The translations under genes were made by a program, and so were the position numbers. From positions 85,636,004-85,700,003 of the forward strand of contig NC_083402.1 in the NCBI RefSeq assembly GCF_020745735.1: 64,000 bases of DNA, written 5' to 3'. Position 1 is the first letter of the stretch. Every line of letters starts with the position of its first letter. The notes under the pieces were generated by a model. That model was given only the letters and a program-made list of their open reading frames with translations. It had not been told where the DNA came from and made no database searches. The stretch is from Hemiscyllium ocellatum. Taxonomy: Eukaryota. Below, one piece after another: positions 37,653 to 51,307 of this stretch.

Positions 37653-39569
37653 ATGACAGTTTTGGTGCATTTGTGCAATATGAACTTTGACATCTTTACC
37701 TTTAGTGGCTAAAGCAGCAAAAAAGCACCCTCACTCCTACCAACAACTATCAACAAGTTGTTTGCAACAAATTCACAGATATATTAGTGACTGGCCATTC
37801 CATTAGACAAGACACAATTGCAGTTTTTGTATATCATAGTAGATTTTTGATAAGAGTTCAACACCAAGAATGGGAAAGTCATTCTTGTTTCACAATGGAC
37901 TGGATACAATTGTGAGATAATTTTAGCACTGATAGACTATTAAAATGCATTTGTACAATAATGCATACTTTATCCCTGCAGATAAAATAATATAAATAAT
38001 TGTCCACTGCTTCTTAAATGACCACTGGCAATAGTCAAAGTCATCTAAAGAGACAAAGTGAAACCTCTCTCCTGTTTTAGATTTTCTATTTTAGGAAAGA
38101 CATCTCGAATTCATAAAAGAGATTCCCTGTACTAACATTAGAGTTAAAAGTCCTATGAGGAGAGTTTAGAGAAATGAGGCCTTTCTTCCTAAGAACAAAG
38201 ATGGTTTTAAGGTTTTTGAAATTTTCTTGAATTTTGCTAAGATAGATCAGGGAAAAATTATTTCCAATGTTTCGTTGACTCAGCAAGTCAATTCATGCTG
38301 AATTTCAACAGAGCATGGATAGCACAATCCAAATATATTACCTTAGTAAATTTCATCCTCTTCACTAAGATCAATTCCATGTAGGATTGCACAAAAAACA
38401 CAATTATTTTTTAAATTCACAGAGGTTTAGCGTGATGCCAGTTTTGATTTTCTTCCTTGTAAGACATTTAAGATGTCTATTTTTAAACAGTTTTATAAGT
38501 TTTATTAACAATTTGTTTGTCAACTTCCACATTTTTCTTCATATTGTTCCTCCAAGAAAATTCCAAGAATCATTCCTCCAAAAACAACTGGCCACCTTCC
38601 CTGATCCTGTTGAATTGTTCAGAAGTAGGGAGAGGTCACCTAATTAACATGAATGCTGTGGGCATGTTTGCCACTCTTGGTTTATGTTGGGATGCTGCCA
38701 ATAGAACATAGTGGTCAAAGAATAGACACGCTATTCACCAATAAACTGACATCAACAGGAGAGAGCTGCCAAGACATCTCTTTCTCTCCAAATTAACCTC
38801 TTTTCAGGTGAAGCATGAATTATCTCTCTCTTAATGTAAAAACCAGAAGAGAAAACCACAGTAGTGAGTCTTTCCAGCAATTATTTTTTCTTACATTAGC
38901 TAAGAAGAAAATTAGCTTGGATATAGTTGGTGTTTTCTACATGTTCTGACAAGAACATTGTGTTTCAATCAAACAAATAGAAAGAACCACACCTGCTTTG
39001 CCAAGTTAGATGTAAAGGGCAGTGTATAGTGATTAAATGAATCATACCAATTTCACAAGAATCAGGGATTGCCAATCAACTGTGGTGATTTTACAGACCT
39101 CATAAATCAAGGTTATGTGGCTTGCAATCCCCATTGCAATAACATACAGACCACGCAAGCATTATTAAAGGGAATAGTGCAGAATTTATATTAGGACTTT
39201 CATTGTTTAACAGTTGGAACTGAAAGCAGAGACTGAAGACAGAAAGGTCCTCCAGGAATGACTGCTCAACCTGTGATGGAGAGACGTTTTTATTGTGTAT
39301 GTCAGACATCCTGTGGCTTTTGCTTCCAAAAATATTTGGTAATGGCTTGAATAAAAAAATGAGTTTGATTACACAACTCTGCATGCTATTTTTCTTTCAA
39401 GTTTTGTTTATTCAAACTTTCCTATACAGTTCTGTTGAACAAGCTGCATGCACTTAACCAATTTTCCTCCTTTCCTCTGAAGTCAGGGGCTTGTGTTAAG
39501 ATATGTCTCATGGATTATGCTGTACTGATAGATTCCTCCCAGGTCTAAGCTCCATATTCCAGCCACAGC

Positions 39570-40980
39570 CATGAATTCTGGTGGTCAAATTGTGGACGAA
39601 CCTCCACAAATATCCCCATCCTCAATGATGGGGGAGCCCAGTCTATCAGTGCAAAATGTAAGGCTTAAGCATTTGTAATAATCTTCAACTAGAAGTGCTG
39701 ATTGTATGATCCATCTCAGTCTCCTCCTGAGACACCCAGCATCACATATACCAGTATTCAACCAATTCCATTCACTCTACATGATATCAAGAAACAGTGA
39801 ATAATCCAAAGGCTACAGAATCCGGCAATAGTAGTGAAGACTTGTGCTCCAGATCTTGCAGCACCCCCAGTCAAGGTGATCCAGTACAGCTGCAATAGTG
39901 GCATATACCCAACAATGTGGAAAAGTGCCCAGGTCCAGCCTTGTTTACAAAAGCAGGATAAGTCTATTCCAGCTAATTAATGCCCCATCAGTCTACCCTT
40001 GATCATCAGTAAAGCAATGGAAGGTGTCATCAACGGTGCTATCAAGTAGCATCTGCTCAGCAACAAACTGCTCAGTGACACCCAGGCCACTCAGCTCCTG
40101 AATCCTTGGTTCAATCATCATCCACAGAGCTGAATTACAGAGATTAGATGACTGACTGCCCTTGATATCAAGACCATATTTGATTGAGTATGGCATCTAG
40201 GAATCCTAGAAAAACTTGAGTCAATGGGAATTGAGGGAAAGTTCTGTGCTGATTGGAGTCACACCTGGCTCATTGGAATATTGTTGCGACTGTTGGAGGT
40301 CAATTCAGTCCAGGACATCATTGCAGGAGTTCCTCAGGGCAAATATTTTCTAGTGAACATGTTCAGAGGTGTTGTGATATACCACTTGAGGGGTTGGACT
40401 TGAACCTAGGACTCCATATCCAAAGATAAGGACACTATCACTGCACTACAGGAGTCCCTCAGCTTTGTGTCCATGTCCCAACCATATGGAAGCACACTTT
40501 ATCCAAACATAGCAAGATCTAGACAATATCTGGGCTTAGGCTGAAAGGAGCAAATAACACTTGCTTTGATTTATTATTGTCACATGTAACTAAGCACAAT
40601 GCAAAGTTTTGTTTTGTGTACAGTAGAGGCAGATCATAACATACAAAGATCATAGGGTGATTGAACAGAGCAATACAAAGTTACTTGCAAAGAAGCTGCA
40701 TCCAAAGCAAGATCAACAGTAGATTCATGCCACACAAATGCCAGGCAATGACTCTCTCCAACAAGAGGGAATCCATTCATCATCCCTTGACATTCAATTG
40801 CATTCCCCACCCATTCTGGGTGTTACTGTTAATCAGAAACTGAACTCAGCTAGCAAATAAATACACTGGTAGCAACAGCAGGTCAGAGGCCTTCTATCTT
40901 GCTGTGAGTAGCCCACCATTTGATGCCCCAAAGCCTGTCCACCATTTGCAATGCACAAGTCTGGAGTATGATAGTTGCCT
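39570..40980 (+). mobile_element. Degenerate non-LTR retrotransposon (L2/CR1 group) with small nested inserts
   Basis: Remnants TNIPILNDGGAQ, YPTMWKSAQV, ALDIK..FD.VWH.G and GVPQG. Nested pieces are a tRNA-SINE head (~40360-40460) and a Rex1 tail (~40565-40720). Confidence 0.65.
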
Positions 40981-41122
40981 GATAACTTTTCACTTTATAC
41001 TTCAATGATCTAGATGAAGGAACTGAGGGCACTCTGGTTAAGTTTGCAGATGAAACAAAGATAGGTGGAGGGACAGATAGTATTGACGTGGTGGGGAGGC
41101 TGCCGAAAGATTTAGACAGGAA

Positions 41123-41695
41123 ATGACTGCCACACTACTCAGATCACTTGGCACCATGGTAGCCCACAAACCCACCAACACACTAAAACAGCAGCTAATG
41201 AACTTGAAAGACCCGATACAGACAACGAGCAAAACAAAAGTACTGTGCAAGGACTGTAACAAACACTACATTGGACAAACAGGCAGAAAACTAGCCATCA
41301 GAATACATGAACACCAACTGGCCACATGACCCTCCCTCACTAGTATCCTTATATACGGATGAAGAAGGACATCACTTCGACTGGGACAACACATCCATCC
41401 TAGGACAAGCCAAACAAAGACATGCAAGAGAATTCCTCGAAGCATGGCATCCCGACCGGAACTCTATCAACAAACACGTTGAGTTCGACCCCATTTACCA
41501 CCCCCGAGAAAAGGAACAGGAAGTGACTTCACCACAGGAAATAATATCACCAACCCAAAGAAACCCAAACATACAAACAGAAAGCAGGAATTTTCAGCAG
41601 TGCTTCATCTGAAGCTCACTGAAGATGTTACCTAGTAGGGTGACAAAACATTTGGAAAAGAACCATCCAGCTCAGTGAGCAAACTACATTCAGAA
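41123..41695 (+). mobile_element. Penelope-like element 3' end (GIY-YIG) with decayed hammerhead terminus
   Basis: VAHKPTNTLKQQL..LKDP...CKDCNKHYIGQTGRKL.IRIHEH and HHFDWDNTSILGQAKQRHAREFLEAWH...SINKH. The terminus reads CTGAAGA-tgttacc-tagta-gggtgac-aaaac at 41619-41650. Confidence 0.85.
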
Positions 41696-43149
41696 TAGTA
41701 GAGGCAGGCATGGTAGATTCATTTAAGATGCATCTGGACAGATGCATAAGTAGGTGGGGAGCAGAGGCATACAAATGCTTAGGCATTGGGTGACAGTGTC
41801 AAACAGTGGATTTGGATCAGTTCAGACTTGGAGGGCCAAAGGGCCTGTTCCTGGGCTGTAAATTTTCTTTGTTCTTTGTTCTTGGTTTGTCGAAATTCAT
41901 CATGTAAAGGATGGTGGAAGCAGTTTCAATAGGCACTTTCAAAAGCAGACTGAACAAATATCTAAACGGAATGTGCATGGCACCGACTTTCAGAAAAACT
42001 CACCTGAGGTTGATGTGTAACAATGAGTGATAGCTGATTCTTCAGTCACGGGTTATCTCACATCAAGGAACCCAGTCAAAATCCATAGTGCATCAGTCCA
42101 GTTGAGCAAACTGCATTGAATCAGATGGAAGTATCCTTAATCAGTCTCAACTTTTTCAATTGCCAGGTCTTCCTCAGTCTGAATCTCCATTTGTCACTAG
42201 CGCACTGGAACAGTGGGAAAAGATGACAGAATTTATGAGAATGACAGGATGAAGGAGACTTTAAAAGGTGGTGGAAGACTGTATGTATGTGATTCTGTAG
42301 AAGGCTGGCAGGACTGGTTTGTATACACTCAGTGAACATGGTACCAGCCAGTGAAACAACTACTTCATGTGGCAGAATGCTCAACAACCAGAGGCAAAAG
42401 AACCAAAGAGTGAAAGCAAGCAGGACTTTCTTCAAATGTGATGAGTTTTATGATTTGGAATTCATTGTGTAAAGGATGGTGGAAGCAGGTTCAATAGGAA
42501 GTTTCAAAAGCAAACTGGACAAATATCTAAAGAGTAAAAATCGCAATGTCAAGGGGAAAGGGCAAGGAAATGACACTTCAGTAACTTAGTAAAAGAAACA
42601 GATCCAAATTATGGGTTGATTGGCTTTGATCTGAATGATAGCATTTTGATCCTAGACAGTCAGCTCTCCTTAAATGAAGCCAGTGCTGCCATTGATAAGT
42701 CACCTACTGATCATGAAACAAAAACATTAGCTTTCCATTCAGTCATTACCATGACCAACTGCAATGATCCTTTTCCTATTTCCTACATCACATTTTCAAA
42801 AGCAATTTGTTGTCATTCTCATCTTTTTTCTACCATTTTCCTTCCTTGAAACCTCTGCACGAGAAAACTGTTCCATAGATTCCTTCTAATATTTTCCTCA
42901 GGCAACCTGCACCATGTGAGAGACTTTATTGTAAATGTTGGTAGGACTGGGGCTCAGAATGATTTCTTATTAGCTAAGGCAATGACCATAGACAGATAAT
43001 TGGCAATTTTATTCTACAATATCTACAGGGGATGTCTTTGCTTGTCACACACTTAAAAGGAACACTACTGTCTCTTAAAATCAGGTTTCCTTTTTGAATG
43101 ACTAATTCTTTCCGAAATTCTAGACATGGTCCCAACCCCGTCGGTCCAT

Positions 43150-45315
43150 GTCCAGGTGTGGGATTTTCCCATCCTTAGTTGCAATGCAGGAATAGGTCAT
43201 AGTAACAGGGAGAAGTTACTGAGAATATGACTAGAACTAAAGGTTGATAATTCCCCAAGTCCCCATGGCTTCATCAGAAAGGTTTTTAAAATGTTTTCTC
43301 AGAATATGGAATTCACTGGATAGTTATTGCCCATCCCAAATTACCCTGAGAAAGTGAGAGTCAATCACCTTCTAGAAACTTTGCAGTTCATGTCTTAAAA
43401 GGGCCTTAAAAGAAATAGCTGCTAATAAAATGCTGTAATGGTTTTAATTTTCCAAAATTTCTTAAGGGACTTGAAAAATCTCATTAGATTGAAACGTAGC
43501 AAATCTTTCTCCTATATGCAAAAGACAGAAAACCAAGAAATTACAAAATAGTTAATCTCAGAACTGTCAAAGAAAAGTTGTTGTGATCTACTATTTAGGA
43601 GGTTGTAGGAGGGAGCATAGAAAATCTGAATGCAGTCAGACAGGGTCAATCTGGGTTTGTGAAAGCGGAATCATGTTTCAGAAAGCAACAAGCTATATGG
43701 ATAAAGAAGAACCCAATGAGGTAGTGCATTTGGATTTCCAGGTGTTCTGTGCCTGATCCACAGACTTGGCATCTAGAGGGGGAAGGTGTTGCTAAAAGCC
43801 TTTGACTCCCTCTGCACCACCCCTGCTCAGCCTGAGGTCTACTTCCCACTCTCAATCACCTTTGACTTCTGGTCCTTTAGCAATCCTGGGCCTCTGATCA
43901 ATTCATTGCAAGAGTTACCACTGTTCCCAGTAGCACTGATAGCAACAAGGAGCTGCTGGTTTTCAGTTAGTCAACAAATAGACTGTGGCGATTGAGTTCA
44001 AAGTAAGCAAATGAAAGGTTATCCATTTTGGACTAAAAAAGGATAGATCAGGGTACTTACTAGATGGTACGAAATTAAATGCAGTGAATATCCAAAGACC
44101 CTTGGGGATTCAGCTACTTAGGTCTTTAAAATGACATGAACAGGTGCAGAAAATAATGAAGAAAGCTAATGGAATGTTGGCCTTTATTAAAAGAGACTGG
44201 AGAATACGAATGCAGTAATCATGCTGCAGTTACACAAAACTTGGTTAGACCCCCACTTTGACAATTGTGAGCTGATCTGAGAATAACACTTTAAGCATGA
44301 TATATTGGCTTTGGAGGGAATACAACATAGATTTACAAAACCTATACCTTAACTTCAGGGATTAAGATATAAGGAGAGAATATACAAATTAGGCCTGTTT
44401 ACTTGAGAATTAAGCTAGCTAAGGGTGATCCAATCGATGTGTTCAAGATATTAACAGGGTAGATAAAGATAAACTATTTCCACTGTTTAGAAATTCTAGA
44501 ACTAGGGGGCAGTGTGAGAGAAATAGGGCCAGACCATTCAGGAGAGATGTTAGGAAGTACTTAGGGTCACAGAGTCACATAGCACACAGAAACAGGCCCT
44601 TCAGTCCAAATCATCCATGCTAGCAGATATTCTAAACTGATCTAGTCCCACTTTCCAGCATTTGGCCCACATCTCTCTAAACCCTTTCTGTTCATGTACA
44701 CATCCAGATAATATTTAAATGTTGTGATTGTACCCACTTCCACCACCTCTCTGGCAGCTTGTTCCATCCATACAGCATAATCTCCGAGAAAATTTGCCCC
44801 TCGGGTCCCTTTTAAATCTTTCTCCTCTCACCTAACATCTATGCCCCACACTATGGGACTCCTCTACCCTGGGAAAAAAGACCTGAGCTATTGACTCTAT
44901 CCATGCCCCTCATGATTTTATAAACCTCTATCAGGTCACTACCCATCCCCCCACCACCACCCAGCCTCTGATGCTCCAGGGAAAACAGCCCTAGCCTATT
45001 CAGCCTCTCTCTATAGCTCAAACCCTCCAATCCCAGCAAAGCGCTTGTAAATCTTTTCCGAACTCTTTCAAGTTTAACAACATCTTTCCTATAGCAGGTA
45101 CAGGTTTGGAACTATCTTCCACAAATGGCAGTTGATGCTAGATGAGTTGTTAATTTTAAATCTGAGAAAGAAAATATTTGATTAAGCAAAGATATTAAGG
45201 GATGTAGGCCAAAGGTAGGTATGTTGAATTAGGTCAGTGATAAGCCATGATCTCAGTGAATGGTTAAACAGGCCTGAGGGGCTCAATGGTCTACCCCTGT
45301 TCTTATGTTCCTAGT
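43150..45315 (+). mobile_element. CR1 LINE fragments (+) with an inverted CR1 3' end nested at ~44565-45095
   Basis: KKANGMLAFI and LQLHKTLVRPHF on the + strand; LEGLSYRERLNRLGLFSLE..DLIEVYKIMRGMDRV on the - strand. Confidence 0.75.
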
Positions 45316-47349
45316 TCTCAGCCAGTGAGACTTCTGAATCTCTGCAGAAGGCCCAGCAGTGAACATTGAAACACTTGGAGGGCAGTTAGTACCATCAGAC
45401 GTCATCAGGCTGATTAAAGTGTGGGATTTATTGCTTTTCTCCATTCTGTACTCTCCCAATTAAAAAGTTACTTATTTATTATACACTCATTTTTCATAGA
45501 ATGGGTTTAATTCGAGCTATTTATTTTTGCATTTCAACGACTGAATGGAAAAGTGAAGGAGTTCAAGAGATAGCTATTGCTCAATTGTTTCTGATTATCA
45601 GTGGCTTAAAGAAAAGTTCAAACATCAAATAAAGTTCTCACTTGCTTGACATAAAACTTCACACTGTAAAGTCAAGAATTAACTGCCCCTGCATGTACCT
45701 ACACAGCAATATAACAACAATCACCAGGTAAATATATTCGTTTGTAAAATAGCTATGTACCCAAAACAAACCCACAATGCACTTAACGTATGGATGGATG
45801 GATCAAGCCAGGCACTAGTGATGCAATATTACTATATTCTCTGGCTTAAGCCACAGAGAAAATCGCGAGAGAGTTACACTGAATTTGTCATAAAAATCTC
45901 TAAATGACTTTCAGATTTTGTATTTTTTATGAAGGTAACCTTTATCAACTCAAGTTATTTCAGTTAACAATGATAATTAAAATTATTATGAGCCACAATC
46001 AGATTATTAAAGAGATTATATTAAAGGTGAGAATTCAATTTTGCTAATAATGTTTGATAAAGTGTTTTAACTGTCTTAAAATTATTTGCAAATTTCAGAT
46101 GGCACAGTGAGCAAAACTGAACACACAATAAAGATCTAGGTCTTTCTTCGGGGTATTTTTGGTGGTTTACTGCTGAATATATATATTCTATTGAGGTTGC
46201 AGAAATTCAAAGACATCTGGTTACATCCTATTGTCAAGCTTATACATCCAATCGGACATTACCATTAGTAAAACATGTTAAACAAATGATTGGTCGTCCT
46301 GGTTACAAGTTTGATGGTGCCTTTCCAGTTCAGATGTGCCCTTTATGCTTCCCTCCACTTAACCATCTCCAAGAGATCCACTGATGTATGATATAGAGTT
46401 GTACAGTTTGGAAACAAACTCTTCAGTCCAACTCATCCATGCCGACCAGATATCTTAAATTAATCAATGTTGCACCTCAAACTTTAAAATACCTTGCCCT
46501 ATATTCTTGCAAAGCTGCTCCATTGGGAATGTCCCACATATGGAGCAAGCACATCCCATGCAAATGGACTTTTCGCTTTTCGTTAAGATGTGTGTATATA
46601 TGGCCACATGCAAATCTTGAAGTGACTGTGCAGTGCAACAAGCTGGCTATATGTAGTGTAGGGGGAAGTAGCAGACACCAACATTTAGGGACGCACAATA
46701 TCAAATATATCTTGAACAGGTACTTCACTGAGATGGGCATTCATAGAACAGGAACAGGAGAAGTCTAGCACAGAGGGGCCACCCAATTTCAGAATAATGT
46801 GGCTACAATAATGAATAAGATGAAAAACTGATCAAAATTTATCCCATCCAGATGAATTCAATTCTCCAGCAGGAATTGTAGCAATCTTTAAACACATGTT
46901 TTTCAGCACTGATCAGCAATATTTGCTTCAGGTGTTACAGCACATGGGTTTCATTTCAACATTCTTCATCTTCATTATTTGAATAGGCCTACCCCCCAAA
47001 GCAAGATTAGATGACAGTAATAGTTTCAAGCCATCTCTCTTTCCCCACAAATGCATGGTACATTATTCAAAAAGAAGGGCTCTTAAGGTAATTGGTTATA
47101 TGGAGGATAGTTTGCAACAAAATATACTTCTCTAATGGATTTGTGGTGACACATGTTTGCAAATGCACTGTTAAATGTTTTTTTTTCGTGGAGGTAGCAC
47201 TAGCTTGCATAAAGTGTCCTACGCATCAAACACCAAACAATACGTTGATTTACTTTAAATTCATTTCACTTTAAATCAACTATCAATAAGAAACTCTTTA
47301 AAAATAATTTACTGAGATGGCTCATTTGCATATTAGAATAATGGCACTT

Positions 47350-50300
47350 TTACAGTAAAGAGGGTCCTCAATCCCTACTGGTCATCAAATATCGAGCCAT
47401 TCTAATCCCATTTTCCAGCACTTGGCCCATTGTCTTAAATGCCGCAGCATTTCAAGTGTTCACCGAAATAATTCTTAAATATCCTATGGGTTCCTGCATC
47501 TAGCAACCATTTAGGCAGTAAGTTCCTCATCATCCTCTCTGTGTAAAAAAAATGTTCATTAAATCCCCTCTAACCCTCCTGCTCCTCATCTTAAAACTGC
47601 TTCCCTAATTATTGACCCCTCACCAAGCAGAGAAGGTTCTCTGTATTGCCCTGCTCTATGGCCCCTTTTTGTATACCTCAGATGCCCCTCGATCTTATTT
47701 CATTTGTGGAAAACAACCCCATTCTATCTGTTCTCTCTTCATAGCTAAATCATTCCAGTCCAGATAACGTTCAGGCAAATTTCTTCTGCAACTCTTCTCA
47801 AGCAATACTGTGCCACAGACCACAACATCAATGGGAGAGAAATTATTCGAAAAAAAGCTGAAGGAGAGACGTAATCTCCACTGCAAGGTTTAATCAAGGA
47901 TTCTCAGCGTAGCTTTGTCAGAGGAAGGCCATGCTTAACGTAATTGATAGGATTTTCCAAAAAAGGTGATCAGGTGTATAGATGAGGGCAATGTGATTGA
48001 TGTAGTTGATGTGAATTTCAACAAAGAATTTGACAAGGATCCATATTGGAGATTGGGAAGGAAATCAAAAACATGCGGAATCCAGCGGAACTTGGCAAGT
48101 TGGATCCAAAATTGACTTTGCGGTGGATGACAGAGGGAAGTGGTAGAATGTTGATTATGTGACAGGAGACCAGTGTGCAGTCGCATACCATAGGGATCAG
48201 TGTTGGGTCCTTATAAAATATTACGGGAGAAGAGGGGGAGGTGTGTGTGGAATAAGTGGGTTTGTGAATGACATGAAGATTGGTCAGGTGGTAAATACTG
48301 AAGAAGGAGATCTTAGGTTACAGGATGATATTGACCCTTTGGTCAAATGGGCAGATCAGTCACAGATTGAACTTAGCCCTGGTAAGTGTAAAGTGATTGA
48401 CTTTTGAAGAAAGAACAAGACAAGGGAATAATCAATGAATAGCAGGATTTATTGGAAGCATGGAGTGCTTGTCTGCTGATCCTTGAAGACAGCAGGACAG
48501 GTTAACAGGGTGGTTGAGAAGGCATACCGGCACTTGCATTTATTAGATGTGGCATAGGTTATGAAAGCAGGGAGGTTATGTTGGAGCAATCCAGAACTTC
48601 AGTTAGGCCACAGCTGGAGCACTATGTGCAGTTCTGGTCACTACACGAAAGGAAGGATGTGATTTCACTGGAGGGGGTGCAGAGGAGATTCACTAGGATG
48701 AAGCATTTTAGCTATGAAGAGAGGCTGGGTAAGCTTCGGTGGCTTTCTTTAGAGCAGAGAAGGTTGAGGAGAGTCCTGATCGAGGTGTATAAGATTATGA
48801 GGGACATGGTCATGATGGAAAGAAAGCAGCTGTTCCCCTTAGTTAAAGGGTCAATAACTGGAGGACATAATTTTAAGGTTAAAACATAGGCAGTTTAGAA
48901 AGGATTTGAAGAAAAAAGCTGTTCCTCCCCCCTCCCCTCCCCCCCGCCTCCCCCACCCCCCCTCCCCCCCACCTCCCCCACCCCCCCCGCCTCCCCCCCC
49001 CCCCCTCCCCTCCCCCCCGCCTCCCCCCCCCCCCCCGCCTCCCCCACCCCCCCCTCCCCCCCCCCCCCCCCCCCCCCACCCCCCCCCCCCCCGACTCCCC
49101 CCCCCCCCCCCCCCCCCCCCTCCCCCACCCCCCACCCCCCCCGCCCCCAGAATACAGTGGGAATCTAGAATGCACTCCCTGGGAGGGGAATTGAGATGGG
49201 AAACTTCATTACCCTTAAAAGTCTATGCATGGGTATATAATGTCAAAAAATACATTGCTATGCACCAGGTGCTGGAAAGTGGGGCCTAAGGTAGAGTTAG
49301 ATTTGTGTAATTGGTACAGACCTGATTGGCAAAGGCTTCCTAGGTACTGTATGATTCTACATTGTGATAACCAGAACTGCACACTGTACTGCAGCCATGG
49401 CCTAACTAACATCATATACATCTCCACCACAATCTTCTTGTTCTTGTAGTCAATGCCTTGCCCAATAAAGCACATGCCTCAACAGTCTTATCTACTATCT
49501 TGTTGCTTTTAATGATCCATAGATATGCACAACATAGTCCCTCTAATCGTCTCTATTTTTAAGATCCTACCATTCAACATGTACCCTCTTGCTTCATTAG
49601 TTCTCCCCAAATGTAACACTTTACACTTTTCAAGATTAAATTCCATTTGCCACTGTTCAGTTTGTCTATACACCTGTAGTCTGAGATTCCCTCCTTGCCA
49701 TGTACCACACACCCAATTTTCTTGGCATCTGCAAACTTCCCACATTCATGTGTGGATTATTAATGTATAAAACAAACAGCCAAGAGACCCAGCACTGAAA
49801 CCTCTCGTACACCACTAAACATGTCTTGTCACAAAAATATCCCCTTTCACCATCACCCTCTGCTCCTTGATGCCATGCCAACTTTGGATCTAATGTGTCA
49901 AATTGTCCTGGATACCATGGGCTCTTAGCTTCATTACCAATCTTCCAAGTGATACCTGGTTAAAAGCCTTCCACTACCCTCATTACCACCTTGAAAAATT
50001 CAATCAAATCTGCAAGTCATGATTTCCCTGAACAAGGCCATGTTGACTGGCCTGGAAGAATCCTTGCTGCTTTAAGTGGAGGTTAATTTTGTCCCTTTGA
50101 ATTTATGCAACAGTTTCCTTACTACAGATGTAAGAGTCGGTGGTTTGTAGTTTCCTAGTTTATCCTTAACCCCCTTCTTGAATTATAATACCACATTACC
50201 TGTCCTAAAGTCCTCTAGCATCTCTCCAATGGCCAGAGACAAATGAAAAATTAATGTGAAGCACCTCTGCAATCTTCTCCCTTGCCTCCTACAACAGCCT

Positions 50301-50980
50301 GGCGTACATCTCCTTTAGAACTTGGGATTTATTCACTTTTGAGCCTGTTAAAACCACGAGTACCTCCTCTTTCGCAATGCTAATTCATTCAAGTATAGTA
50401 CAGTCTTCCTCCATGATTTCAGTATCTACAATGTCCTTCCTTACACTCTGTACAGATGCAAAGTAATCATTTGAAACATCCCATTGATTGTAACTTGAAA
50501 TGGGCCGTACTATTCTTGGGTTTGTTTTTGCCCCTAAAGTACTTCGGAAGAATGTCGTGGAACTTGAAAAGTTCACAAAAGATTTACAAGGATGCTGCCA
50601 GGGTTGGATGACGTAAGCTATAGGGAAAGGCTGAACAGACTGGGGCTGTTTTCCCTGGAGCGGAGGCTGCAGGGTAACCTTATAGAGATTTATAAAATCA
50701 TGGGGTATGGATAGGATAAATAGACAAAATCTTTTCCCTGGGGTGGGGAACTAGATTAGGTTAGAATATCTGGTCGGCGTAGATGAGTTGGACTGAAGGG
50801 TCTGTTTTCATGCTGTACATCTCTATGACTCTACTTATAAAATTATTTTGGATTTTCTTTAGCTTTTTTTTCATGTTCCTCTTCACTGTCCTAATTTCTG
50901 TTTTAAACAAATCCCTACACTTTCTATACTCATCTCAGGCATTTGCTGTTTCAATTGTCTGCATATGGTCTGAACGGATA
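47350..50980. mobile_element. Cluster of CR1 LINE fragments in both orientations
   Basis: + copy at ~47820-49345 (SVRPQLEHYVQFWS..LEGVQRRFTRM). - copies at ~47350-47800 and ~49360-50520 (QWQMEFNLEKCKVLHLGRTN). + 3' end at ~50550-50830. Confidence 0.8.
48921..49148 (+). repeat. C-rich low-complexity tract (~225 nt)
   Basis: Almost pure C runs with sparse t/a/g, inside a CR1 3' region. Confidence 0.95.
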
Positions 50981-51307
50981 TAATGGAGCTTCAAGATGAG
51001 AGAAATGGTAAAGGGGAGAAACAGCGAAGTGTAATGGAGTCAGCGTGGACTGCAAGGATTTATAAACATCAGAAGGATGTCCGGATATGAATGAGATGTT
51101 CCAGGTCACATGTTTTTGATAAACTGGGAATGGTTGTGGGTCTTCAGGCTTCACCTCAGGACCATCATTTTTACCAGGGCAATTGTCAGCGTGACGCAAG
51201 TATGGTCATCAGTATATAGAGCAAGTTGCACCCACCGATTTCTCTGGCAGCTCATCCCACATGCTAACTACATTCTGGAAAAGCAGTTGTTCCACCTTTG
51301 AACTGAC

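Noticed and set aside
48851-49289. Poly-Gly / poly-Pro ORFs
   Set aside because: Translation artefacts of the C-rich tract inside a CR1 remnant.
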